DNA of 64,000 nt from a virus (IMGVR_UViG_3300025295_000098:14600-78599); one strand, 5' to 3'; shown: positions 46,069 through 54,566, counted from the first letter of the stretch. Notes: generated by a model not told the origin, from the letters alone. Numbers and translations are program-made.

Positions 46069-46701
46069 ATGAACCGCAAACCCTTCTTTGACGCGCTGCG
46101 TGGCGGCGCGCTGTTCCCGCATGGTTTCAGCACGAACCAGACTGTAGGTTTGACCCGTCTGCTCGACGTCTGGGAAAAATACTTCCCCAGCGACCCTATC
46201 GCTGATCTCGCCTATAATCTCGCCACTTCATATCATGAGACGATGCAGACGATGCAGCCGATCAAGGAACTTGGCTCCCGTTCCTATTTCGACAAATACG
46301 AGCCTGGAACAAAACTCGGGAAGATGCTCGGCAACACGCAGCCGGGGGATGGCTATCGATTTCGCGGCGAGGGTGATGTTCAAAACACCGGCCGGCGAAA
46401 CGCCAAATTCGCTTCAGACCGCCTGAACAAGGTGTTCAATCTCGGGATCGATCTCGTCGCCAACCCAGACAAGCGCGGCGACCCCTTCGTTTCCGCCATA
46501 TCCTTGTTCCTTGGAAACAAGGAGGGATGGTGGACGGGCAAGGATCTCCACGACTACATCGATGGCATGGACGAAAGTGCCGACGAGGACTTGCGCGAGT
46601 TCATCGAAGCCAGGCGCGTGGTCAATGGAACCGACAAGGCCAAGGCCATTGCCGGGTATGCCGTGCAGTTTCTCGCGGCGCTGAAAAAAGCATCCGCTTA
46701 A
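46069..46701 (+). CDS. Endolysin, glycoside hydrolase family 19-like
   Basis: AY.LAT.YHET..TMQPIKE; FRGEG.VQ.TGR.N; ARRVVNGTDKA. Confidence 0.88.
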   Translation: MNRKPFFDALRGGALFPHGFSTNQTVGLTRLLDVWEKYFPSDPIADLAYNLATSYHETMQTMQPIKELGSRSYFDKYEPGTKLGKMLGNTQPGDGYRFRGEGDVQNTGRRNAKFASDRLNKVFNLGIDLVANPDKRGDPFVSAISLFLGNKEGWWTGKDLHDYIDGMDESADEDLREFIEARRVVNGTDKAKAIAGYAVQFLAALKKASA

Positions 46702-46726
46702 CTCCCCACAACAAAGGATAACTCCC

Positions 46727-47116
46727 ATGCGATCGATCGGATTCGCCGCCGTAGCCCTGTGCCTGGCACTCAGCTCCTGCGCCAACATCCAGACGGCTTA
46801 CGATGCTGTCACCACATCCACCGTCCCGGCCAAGTCCGTCTATGTCGCGGTGAACGCCTTCAACGTCGTCGAGACGGCCGCCACTGGGTACATCACCTAT
46901 TGCACGCCGAACCCGACGCCGGTCGGCTGCAATGACGAGGTCATTCAGAACCAGATCGTCCCGACCATCGACAAGGGCGTCACGGCGAAGAAGACGCTCG
47001 TCACTTTCCTCAGGCATCACCCCGGCGCGCTTGGAGACAAAGGCGTTTACGACAGCCTGGTCACCGCGACGTCGACGCTCCAGACCCTCCTCGCAGCCAA
47101 CGACAAGCGTTCGTAA
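46727..47116 (+). CDS. Lipoprotein in lysis cassette
   Basis: Lipobox LSS-C at residue 17. Confidence 0.75.
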   Translation: MRSIGFAAVALCLALSSCANIQTAYDAVTTSTVPAKSVYVAVNAFNVVETAATGYITYCTPNPTPVGCNDEVIQNQIVPTIDKGVTAKKTLVTFLRHHPGALGDKGVYDSLVTATSTLQTLLAANDKRS

Positions 47117-47131
47117 CCGGAGACAACCACC

Positions 47132-47506
47132 ATGGAAGCCCTCGTCCTCACCATTCTGCAGCTCATTCAGAGCCTGCTTTCCCAGATCGGGTCCAACAAC
47201 ACCGCCGTCAACCAGATCATCGCCGCGCTGGTGCAGATCGTCCCTCTCGTGGTCAATCTCAGCACGCCGATCATCAATTCAGTGAAAGCCATCATCACGG
47301 CGCTGCAAAACAGCGGCGCATTGACGGATGAGCAGATAGCCACGCTCGAGAGTTTGAGCGATGAGATCGACGCCGCATATCAGGCCGCGGTTGCCAACTA
47401 TCTGGCCTCAAAAAAAAAGCTGATCCCAGCGATGACAGTGACGGTATCGGCTCCAGCGGTTCAGCCGTCGCCCTCGGTCTCGCCGGCGCCGGCGGTTTCG
47501 GAGTGA
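47132..47506 (+). CDS. Hydrophobic helical protein in lysis cassette
   Basis: GGAG RBS; amphipathic N-terminus; contains A9 tract. Confidence 0.65.
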   Translation: MEALVLTILQLIQSLLSQIGSNNTAVNQIIAALVQIVPLVVNLSTPIINSVKAIITALQNSGALTDEQIATLESLSDEIDAAYQAAVANYLASKKKLIPAMTVTVSAPAVQPSPSVSPAPAVSE

Positions 47507-47511
47507 CCCCG

Positions 47512-47865
47512 ATGTCCGACACCAAGGAACAGGTCACAAGTCAGGTGGCCGCCGCCGTCGCGGCCACGGTCGCCAAGCCGGAAGTCAATGCGGAAATGTC
47601 GGCGGTACCGGCGATCGTCAATGCACTCGCGCCTATCATCGATCAGATTGTGCATTCGACTAATTCCGAGCCGTTCTACCAGTCCCGCGTCTTCTGGGGG
47701 TCGATCATCGCGCTTGTCGCTGCGGTACTCGGAGCCTTCGGCATCGCTTTCCCGAGCGATCTGCAAGGGCAGGTGCTGACCGCCGTCATGGCGGGCCTGG
47801 CGCTCGTCGGGCCGCTTGTTGCTCTCTACGGACGATTCAAGGCGAAGAAGCCCATCGGCTCATGA
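47512..47865 (+). CDS. Holin-like two-TM protein
   Basis: FYQSRVFWGSIIALV TM1, second TM, basic C-terminus. Confidence 0.7.
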   Translation: MSDTKEQVTSQVAAAVAATVAKPEVNAEMSAVPAIVNALAPIIDQIVHSTNSEPFYQSRVFWGSIIALVAAVLGAFGIAFPSDLQGQVLTAVMAGLALVGPLVALYGRFKAKKPIGS

Positions 47866-47961
47866 GCGCCAGCTTCGTAACGTTCCTCATCACCACTGCC
47901 GCTCTTGCCTGTCTCATCGGGCTTGAGTGGCTTTCTGTCTTGCCATGATCGGAGAAAAGCC

Positions 47962-48342
47962 GTGGCCGTCCTTTCCTTCAATAAGCTCCGCCAACTCTGC
48001 GGCAATCCTCAGCTCGATGGCCAGCAGATGCAGACGATCATCGATAGCATCTTCAAGCCGCGGTACATCGTCGTGCCGGATACGACGCTGACGATCGGCG
48101 ACGATCACCGCGGCGCTATCCTGCGCTTCACCTCCGCCTCAGCCATTACCGTCACTCTGCCGACCACCTATACGAACGATGACGGCTTTCTCTTCGGCTT
48201 CATCCAATACGGTGCAGGGCAGATAACCTTCACGTCGGCCGGTACGATCCGCGGCGGCGTTCATTCCTCGGCGCAGTATAGCCAAGGCGCCGCCGAACTT
48301 CTGGATAATGGCGAATGGCTGATGACGGGAGTTTCGGCATGA
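47962..48342 (+). CDS. Hypothetical protein resembling a fibre N-terminal/spacer domain
   Basis: GTG start after GGAG; ITVTLP...G...GAGQITF. Confidence 0.6.
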   Translation: MAVLSFNKLRQLCGNPQLDGQQMQTIIDSIFKPRYIVVPDTTLTIGDDHRGAILRFTSASAITVTLPTTYTNDDGFLFGFIQYGAGQITFTSAGTIRGGVHSSAQYSQGAAELLDNGEWLMTGVSA

Positions 48343-49526
48343 CGCTTGCTCTTGGGCCGCAGCGATTTGCGCTGGTTACGAAAACCGGCGGGGGCAGTGT
48401 CCCCACTAAATTAATACGACCTTTCGGTGGAAGGTTCGCATATGCGTCTGCCTTGACGGCTGACCCTGCGAAGAACATGGACCACTCTCGGCCGCCGATC
48501 TACACCAACACCACAGGCGTCACCCTTACAGAACTTCGTGTCCTGTTCTGCAATTGGGTGGTGACGGCCTCCTCGGATAACTTCCCGACCAATCAGAGCA
48601 TTATCTGGAAGGCCGGGTTCCAGGCTTCCAGCCTTACAGCAGCCTCGAAGGTTCCCGGCACGTCTGTCACTATCCCGGCAGGCGGCTTCGACTATTCGAT
48701 CATCAGCGGCTTGAACATCGCTCCAGGCGATCAGTTCTACATCAACTGCCGAGCCGAGGGCACGTTGAACAAGCAGTTCCCCCTATCCTTTACGAATAAC
48801 TCCCCGACGAGGCTTGCCTATTTCGGAACGGACACGGGAGACTACACACTCACGGGCTCAGGCCTCCAGCCTACTGGTGGCGGTAACGGCGTTATTCCGT
48901 TCGCCATTCTCGGCAATGAGGTTGGCCTATGGCAGAAGGTCATCGGCCTTTACGGCGACAGTATCCAAATCGGGGCCACGGGCGTGGGCTTCTCTGAAAA
49001 CGCGTGCCTTGATGCCGGTGCGGCCTGTATAAATCTCGCCGTGTCCGGCGCCCAGATCAACGGGCAAAACCTCACAAACCGTCATCTTATCGCGCAGGCG
49101 CTGGGCGTTACGATCGCCTACACCGACTACGGGATCAACGATCTCGTGATCGGGGGGCGAACGGGCGCTCAGGTCATTACCAGCCTGAATGCCTTCTGGA
49201 CCACGTTAAAATCCAAGGGCTTCACGGTTATCCAGCACACGATCTCCCCCAAGTCCACGCAGATAGTAGTCGGCCCTGACTGGTCCGCATCAAACCAGAC
49301 CACGACGGCCTACAAGCCCGACATCGACACAATTAACGCTCACATTCGTAGCGGCGGCGCCGGTTTGCTGGATGGCTATTGGGACTATTCGGACGTGATG
49401 TCCACCAGCCGGGATAGCGGCATCTTCAAGGATAACTACACCATCGACGGAACGCATCCGTCGGCAACAGGCGCGGCTGCAGCCCGGCCATCAATGGCGG
49501 CAGATATCGCGGCGAGGATCGTGTAG
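48339..49526 (+). CDS. SGNH/GDSL hydrolase domain protein (tailspike-like)
   Basis: YGDSI, AVSG, YGIND, DGTHP; ATGA-coupled. Confidence 0.82.
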   Translation: MTLALGPQRFALVTKTGGGSVPTKLIRPFGGRFAYASALTADPAKNMDHSRPPIYTNTTGVTLTELRVLFCNWVVTASSDNFPTNQSIIWKAGFQASSLTAASKVPGTSVTIPAGGFDYSIISGLNIAPGDQFYINCRAEGTLNKQFPLSFTNNSPTRLAYFGTDTGDYTLTGSGLQPTGGGNGVIPFAILGNEVGLWQKVIGLYGDSIQIGATGVGFSENACLDAGAACINLAVSGAQINGQNLTNRHLIAQALGVTIAYTDYGINDLVIGGRTGAQVITSLNAFWTTLKSKGFTVIQHTISPKSTQIVVGPDWSASNQTTTAYKPDIDTINAHIRSGGAGLLDGYWDYSDVMSTSRDSGIFKDNYTIDGTHPSATGAAAARPSMAADIAARIV

Positions 49527-49597
49527 CGGCCTTGGCCGCGTAAATCGGGGATCGCGACGAATGATCCAGCATCGTTTAAGTTATCCCATCTAATCAG

Positions 49598-49628
49598 ACC
49601 GTCGCTCACCAGCGGCGGTTTTTCTTTT
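49598..49628 (+). terminator. Intrinsic terminator
   Basis: ACCGTCGCT-CACC-AGCGGCGGT followed by TTTTCTTTT. Confidence 0.7.
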
Positions 49629-49662
49629 GTCAAGCGGCCGGCGCCCTAGCGTGAGATAATAG

Positions 49663-50091
49663 ATGGCATCCAATGACGATATACTCCGAGCCCTCGGTCG
49701 GGTCGAAGGAAGACTGACAGGCATTGAGGAGAGCGTTTCCCTCATTCGTGAGGATCTCGGCGACGAGAAGGACAATGCTCGCGAAAGCCGAGCGGTGATC
49801 CATCGGCGCCTAGATGAGCAAAGGCAGCAGATCCACTTACTGGACAAGGTGGTCGAGATCAGCAGCGGCGTAGATGCCACCCTGCGTGAGGAGATCAAAA
49901 GCATCAAGGAGACCGTCGAGAAGAATCACGAAGCGGTCGCCCCCACTCTCGAGGAGTGGAAGAAAATGAAAACTATCGGCTACGGAATTTCAGGGCTAAT
50001 CGCCTTCGCCGGCCTGACCGTCGGCGGGGTTGTCGCCTATATGAGCGATGGCGCCGTGGCCTGGATCAGGCACTGGCTGAAGATCAATTGA
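49663..50091 (+). CDS. Coiled-coil protein with C-terminal TM (DUF1515-like)
   Basis: SRA.IH.RLD; ..PTLEEWKKMK.IG.G..GL. Confidence 0.7.
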   Translation: MASNDDILRALGRVEGRLTGIEESVSLIREDLGDEKDNARESRAVIHRRLDEQRQQIHLLDKVVEISSGVDATLREEIKSIKETVEKNHEAVAPTLEEWKKMKTIGYGISGLIAFAGLTVGGVVAYMSDGAVAWIRHWLKIN

Positions 50092-50123
50092 TTGCTAAAC
50101 GAGCGCAGATGATCAGCCCGCAA

Positions 50124-50312
50124 TCATTTCGAGTTCAGCGGCCGGTTGATCTTGAATTCCTCCGGAAAGTGCTCTTTGCACCACCAGCGCACGGGCACCA
50201 GTTTAGACGAACTGTTGCCCCAACTCCCCCACTTATCGCAGCCTTCCACTTCGCAATAGTGGACGTGCATTTCCGGCGCCTTGGTCAGTGTCGGTCTATC
50301 GGTGTCGCTCAT
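50124..50312 (-). CDS. Small Cys/His protein
   Basis: HYCEV.GC.KWGSWG...WWC.EH. Confidence 0.6.
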   Translation of the reverse strand: MSDTDRPTLTKAPEMHVHYCEVEGCDKWGSWGNSSSKLVPVRWWCKEHFPEEFKINRPLNSK

Positions 50313-50321
50313 CTCATTTCC

Positions 50322-50573
50322 TCATTCGTCGGCAAGGTAATATCCAAATCGCAGTTTTCCTGCCTTCGCTCCGCACGAGGAGCACTTCAGGCGCTTTTCG
50401 ACATCCTCAACATGCGAGTGCCGCAGGTTCTGTGGCAGATCTTCCTTCGAGAATTCGCGCTGCTGCCCGCAAGCCGTGCACTCCGCCATGATAGCGAGAT
50501 GCGCCGGCGTGACGTTGATGTAGCCCGGGCTCCAATCTTTTATCGCCTGAAACCGCCGCTCGGGGATGCTCAT
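50322..50573 (-). CDS. Small zinc-ribbon protein
   Basis: CTACG...KCSSCG. Confidence 0.65.
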   Translation of the reverse strand: MSIPERRFQAIKDWSPGYINVTPAHLAIMAECTACGQQREFSKEDLPQNLRHSHVEDVEKRLKCSSCGAKAGKLRFGYYLADE

Positions 50574-50845
50574 CTCGTATTCCTCGCCATCGTCATGAAC
50601 CTCGGATCGCTCTTCGGCAGATAGGCGATCGCCACGCGCCTGCTGCCGCAGACCGGGAAGCGCATGCGCTGCGACAGCATGGCGATCGGGAAGTCGCGCC
50701 CCCGCGTCGCCACCAGCGTCGCCACATCGAGCGAGTGCCGCCAAAGGCATTCCCGGACGCTCTTCAGCCCTTCGCGCCTTCCCCAGGCGCAGCGCGCGCG
50801 AATCTCCCATCCTGCATCCATTGCCTCGCCGATCGTTTCGGCCAT
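50570..50845 (-). CDS. Small zinc-ribbon-like protein
   Basis: ARCAWG...EC...TRGRDFP...MRFPVCG (one expected Cys appears as Phe). Confidence 0.65.
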   Translation of the reverse strand: MAETIGEAMDAGWEIRARCAWGRREGLKSVRECLWRHSLDVATLVATRGRDFPIAMLSQRMRFPVCGSRRVAIAYLPKSDPRFMTMARNTR

Positions 50846-50909
50846 GCGTCGTCATCCCCTTGTGAGGTCCTTCCTGCCGCCTTGTTGATGAATGCTCCGC
50901 CCGAGCGAT

Positions 50910-50924
50910 GTTCCTAATATGTTC
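50910..50924. promoter_or_regulatory. Alphaproteobacterial LexA (SOS) box
   Basis: Exact GTTC-N7-GTTC (GTTCCTAATATGTTC) between divergent genes. Confidence 0.75.
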
Positions 50925-50994
50925 TCACTGGCTGGGGAGTCAATAATCAATCTTGGTCAATTGCTTTTTAGGGTGTTGCTGTTGCCATGGCGGC

Positions 50995-52047
50995 ATGACA
51001 AAGCCGCCTCGAAAGCCTGCCCAGCCGCTGCTCGGTGATGCTGAAGCACCGATCCGCAGCCGCCCGCGAAAGAAACGTGATCCGGCCCAGCCTCAGCTCA
51101 CTCTCGATCCAATGCCGGCGCGCATCGATCCGTGCCTGGCGCTGCTGAAGCCTCGGCCGCCGAAAGGCCGGCAATGGTCTTTCGAAGTGAAGTGGGATGG
51201 CTACCGTCTGGCCGTTCACATCGAGCCGACGGGTATTCGGATCCTAACACGCGGTGGCCATGACTGGACAACTCGCTTCCCCGCTATCGCCGCCGAGGCA
51301 AAACGCCTTCCCGTATCCACGGCGATATTGGATGGAGAGGCAGTCGTGTTCGACGAGCTGGGCAGGTCGGATTTCGGCAAGCTTCAGCAATCTCTCGGCG
51401 GACGGGGAGGGAAGAGGACGTCGCAGGAAGCGGTCTTTCTGGCTTTCGATCTCCTCTATTTCGATGGCCGTGACCTCACCGGGACCGAATTCTCGGCGCG
51501 GCGCCACCTCCTCGAGGGACTTGTGCCAGCCGGTGGAGAAGATGCCATTCGGTTGTCCGAGGAGATCGAGGCGGACGGAGACGTCCTTTTGCGCATCGCC
51601 TGCGAGCATGGCCTTGAAGGGATCATCGCCAAAGACCGGAACAGCACCTATCGCAGCGGCCGCGGCGGCGAATGGCTCAAGATCAAATGCATCCAAAGCG
51701 ATGGCTTCGCGATCGTCGGCTATGAGAAGTCGACAGCATCGTTCGGCGGCATCGGCCGGCTGCTGCTTGCCGCGCGCAAAGGAAACGAGCTCGTCTATGT
51801 CGGGGGAGTGGGGACCGGCTTCAACGAACGTTCCGCCGACGAGCTCAGAGAGCAGATGGACAAGCTGATCATCTGCAAGCCCGCTGTGGATACTGGACGG
51901 AAGCGAAATGCCGTTTTCGTCCGCCCCAAGCTAGTCGCCGAGATCGAATATCGAGCCTGGACGCATGACGGCAAGCTGCGACATGCCTCCTATAAGGGGC
52001 TGCGGGAGGAGCAGGATGAGGCGGGGGTTTATCAAATCGGCGGCTAA
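50995..52047 (+). CDS. ligD: ATP-dependent DNA ligase (LigD ligase domain only)
   Basis: EVKWDGYR, ILDGEAV, AFDLL, EGIIAK, WLKIK, LRHASYKGLRE. Confidence 0.92.
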   Translation: MTKPPRKPAQPLLGDAEAPIRSRPRKKRDPAQPQLTLDPMPARIDPCLALLKPRPPKGRQWSFEVKWDGYRLAVHIEPTGIRILTRGGHDWTTRFPAIAAEAKRLPVSTAILDGEAVVFDELGRSDFGKLQQSLGGRGGKRTSQEAVFLAFDLLYFDGRDLTGTEFSARRHLLEGLVPAGGEDAIRLSEEIEADGDVLLRIACEHGLEGIIAKDRNSTYRSGRGGEWLKIKCIQSDGFAIVGYEKSTASFGGIGRLLLAARKGNELVYVGGVGTGFNERSADELREQMDKLIICKPAVDTGRKRNAVFVRPKLVAEIEYRAWTHDGKLRHASYKGLREEQDEAGVYQIGG

Positions 52048-52048
52048 T

Positions 52049-52477
52049 CTACAGGGCTCTCGCCTGATAGAAGCCAATGCCGATCATCAAAAACGAAGTT
52101 ACAAACATGACAAGTATCAATGTACGCACGAGGAGTTGCCCCAAAGGAAATAGATGTCTCAGGACCTGATTCTTTCCCTCGTACTTTTCTTTTCCGGCCC
52201 GGTCGATTAAGCCGAATGTAATTGAGCCCGTCCCGAGCATGAGAATGCCAGCATATCCAAACAGTGAGTATTGGATGAATTGGTCCGCAGCTCTCATGTA
52301 CCCGGTTGGCAGTGGCCGTTCCGACGCGCCAAGCTTCATCCAAAAGGAATAAATCACAAGGACAGTTATTGCGCGAGTGATCATGGCGACATAATCAGAA
52401 ACGTACTTCGCCGCGTTGAAACGCTGCTTTGCGTCTCCAAACATTAAATCCTGCACAAATTTCAAAACTTCTTTCAC
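52049..52477 (-). CDS. Hypothetical multi-TM protein, AT-rich
   Basis: Three hydrophobic segments; GGAG RBS before GTG start. Confidence 0.6.
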   Translation of the reverse strand: MKEVLKFVQDLMFGDAKQRFNAAKYVSDYVAMITRAITVLVIYSFWMKLGASERPLPTGYMRAADQFIQYSLFGYAGILMLGTGSITFGLIDRAGKEKYEGKNQVLRHLFPLGQLLVRTLILVMFVTSFLMIGIGFYQARAL

Positions 52478-52800
52478 TTAAAGCTCCTATGATCTGAGGA
52501 TCCGCTCTGCAGATACCTGCGATCCGGTCGGCGGCGTCCCGGAGGAGCACAGTCGTTTCCTTGGCGGCCGTTGCACTTTGACGCGAATCGCTGACGTCGT
52601 GCGCATGGGCGGCGTTTAATCCACATGTTTATGCACATGAGGTTTAGGACGTTTCGTCGACATCGCCGTCTTCGTCCAGATCTCCAACTACTCCCGCGCG
52701 AAAATCCTATGCTGTCGGAACGCCGATCGAGAGGCGTTTCCGGAACGTTCAGCAAACAGCTATTCAGAATGAAAAAAGGACGGCATTCAGAATGAAAAGT

Positions 52801-52829
52801 CTTGCGCTCATTCTAGAGCTGGTCTAAAT
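52801..52829 (+). promoter_or_regulatory. Sigma70 promoter of tRNA-Cys
   Basis: CTTGCG-N17-CTAAAT, alphaproteobacterial consensus-like. Confidence 0.65.
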
Positions 52830-52871
52830 CGCGGCCACCACACGATAATTTTCGATGTCGGTCACAGGTGA

Positions 52872-52945
52872 GGCCTCGTGGCGGAGTGGTGACGCAGAGG
52901 ACTGCAAATCCTTGTACCCCGGTTCAATTCCGGGCGAGGCCTCCA
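52872..52945 (+). tRNA. tRNA-Cys(GCA)
   Basis: 74 nt; acceptor GGCCTCG/CGAGGCC, anticodon loop CTGCAAA, T loop TTCAATT, encoded CCA. Confidence 0.97.
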
Positions 52946-52946
52946 A
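52902..52946 (+). repeat. attL core (3' part of tRNA-Cys)
   Basis: 45-bp exact match to 63591-63635. Confidence 0.95.
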
Positions 52947-53084
52947 CAAATTCCACAACAAAAACAGCGGCTTAGCAAAGGGCTCCGGACTTCCTGGGCC
53001 TTCCATGTGCCATTCATGTGCCGCAAAATTTTACCAACAACTACAACGAATTTCCGCGAGCTCTTCTGGCTCCCGGCAGCTCCG

Positions 53085-53104
53085 TGCGACATGCATGCAA
53101 CATG
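53085..53104 (+). repeat. Candidate integrase arm-type sites (left)
   Basis: TGCGACATG / TGCAACATG at 11-bp period; matches pair at 63532-63551. Confidence 0.6.
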
Positions 53105-53169
53105 CCGGCTGCCTAAACCCCGGCCGTGGCTCTATTTTTTATCCTTCCGAGTTGTGCGATCCTTCCCCT

Positions 53170-53697
53170 ATGCCCGCGCCCTCGAAAAGAACGCCGTCCT
53201 CCGATCCGCATCGCTCCCTGCGGGCGGTGATGGTCGCGAATCCCTATTTCGCCCCGGCGCATGACGGCGACGTGAGCAACCCCCGAACCATTCCGGCGAT
53301 CGTCAACATCCGGGAAAGTGCCATCACGATGCTGGCCTCGCGCGGGCGGATCGACGCCGCTCAGCTCGCCGCAGCGACGAGGTTCCGCGCCTTGTGGGAA
53401 GCGATGTGCCGGAGCACGCGGGCGATCGATTACGGTCGGGAGCCGGTAGATGGCGGCGGTCATGCGGACCCGATCAGCCACAGGCAGATGCATGCGGCCG
53501 AGGAGCTGCGGCGCGTCCGACCTCTGCTCGGCGAGAAAGGCTACTGGCTGGTGTCCCGGATTTGTGGCGAGGGCTATTCTCTCGGTGAGATCGTCGGCCC
53601 AGGCGCCAGCAAGAGGGCCAAGTTGAAAGCCGCCCGCGACCTCCGAGAATTCCTCGATCTGCTCTGTGAATACTGGAACCTGTCCACGCGGCGCTGA
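53170..53697 (+). CDS. Putative late activator/antiterminator-like protein (DUF6456-like)
   Basis: GRIDAAQLAAA.RFR..WE...AIDY.RE.VDGG...L...LG; start uncertain (53170 or 53229). Confidence 0.65.
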   Translation: MPAPSKRTPSSDPHRSLRAVMVANPYFAPAHDGDVSNPRTIPAIVNIRESAITMLASRGRIDAAQLAAATRFRALWEAMCRSTRAIDYGREPVDGGGHADPISHRQMHAAEELRRVRPLLGEKGYWLVSRICGEGYSLGEIVGPGASKRAKLKAARDLREFLDLLCEYWNLSTRR

Positions 53698-53869
53698 TGC
53701 CCTGCCTTGCCTCCCACGGGGCCGCCAGCGCGTTTCGTCGGCAGGGCCGGGGGAATATGCTCCGTGCCGAACATCGTCGTCTCTGGCGTCCTACGTTCAC
53801 GTAGCCGTTTCAGGGGAAGACCCGCTATGATACTGATTATCGCGACTTCTCATTAACGGAGCAAAGCGG

Positions 53870-54148
53870 GTGAAAAATTTACATGAAGAAGTCCGCTTCT
53901 TTGTCTGGGCTTGGTTGGTCCTTGCGCCTTGCTGTGCGGTACTGTTTGGCGGAACGATACTTTATGTCAAAATCAATGACATTGATCCGTCCACGGTCGC
54001 GGATGTCTCGTTCTTTTGGCCGGTGATGCTTTTCGCTTTTCTGACGATTCTTCTCCTGGTCGAACTGGGGTCCCAGTCAAAATTCAGGACCGGCTTTTTT
54101 ACGGCATGGCTTCAGATGGCGATGGGAGAAATTACAATTGCTGTATGA
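53870..54148 (+). CDS. Small two-TM protein
   Basis: Two hydrophobic segments; GGAG RBS before GTG. Confidence 0.5.
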   Translation: MKNLHEEVRFFVWAWLVLAPCCAVLFGGTILYVKINDIDPSTVADVSFFWPVMLFAFLTILLLVELGSQSKFRTGFFTAWLQMAMGEITIAV

Positions 54149-54248
54149 GCGTGGACGGCGAGACAAGTAAACTCAGCAACACCAGTCGTTTCGCCGCCGC
54201 GCGGACACCTGGGGCCTTGTTGCAGGACTAAGGCCATCTCCGCGCACA

Positions 54249-54566
54249 TCACGATTTCGACTTCCGCCAGCCGGCGGCCCAAGCTTCGAATTCCGTGCAG
54301 AACCATCGTTCGCCATACTGGGGGCTGATCTTAGTCTGTGAGTAATATTTCTGCCCCGGCACGTGAAAGATGCGCTCGCCCGTGTCGATGGAGACGTTGC
54401 CCTTGATTCGGCACGATTGTCCGGCGCCGGCAGAAGCGGTGAATGAGGCCAGCATGTCGCTCGCGGTCCAGCCGCCGGCCGCGCCGAACGCGATAGCGCC
54501 GATGACCAAACCCGGCGCCCTGAGCAGCACCGATTTCTTTTGCGGAACGCGATAACCCTGACGCAT
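54249..54566 (-). CDS. ExoI-like exported small protein
   Basis: TM then C.IKGNVS..GERI.HVPGQKYY..T.IS..YGERWFC.E.EA.AAGWRKS. Confidence 0.8.
   Translation of the reverse strand: MRQGYRVPQKKSVLLRAPGLVIGAIAFGAAGGWTASDMLASFTASAGAGQSCRIKGNVSIDTGERIFHVPGQKYYSQTKISPQYGERWFCTEFEAWAAGWRKSKS

Larger units (their letters stand above)
1..52640. mobile_element. Temperate myovirus prophage (Bcep781/AP22-like morphogenesis module); left end outside the window, right end approximate
   Basis: Ordered cI/cro, early, replication, terminase, portal, capsid, sheath, tube, tape measure, baseplate, fibre and lysis genes; no att repeat could be identified for it. Confidence 0.95.

Noticed and set aside
46350-46400. 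Endolysin inactivation because GEGDVQNTG deviates from the usual GRGxxQLTG
   Set aside because: The catalytic Glu in YHET is intact and the ORF is uninterrupted; not enough evidence to call it defective
52824-53169. ORFs 52855-53697 (5' part), 52824-53006 and 52862-53092 as proteins
   Set aside because: They overlap tRNA-Cys and att; the coding start is more plausibly 53170 or later
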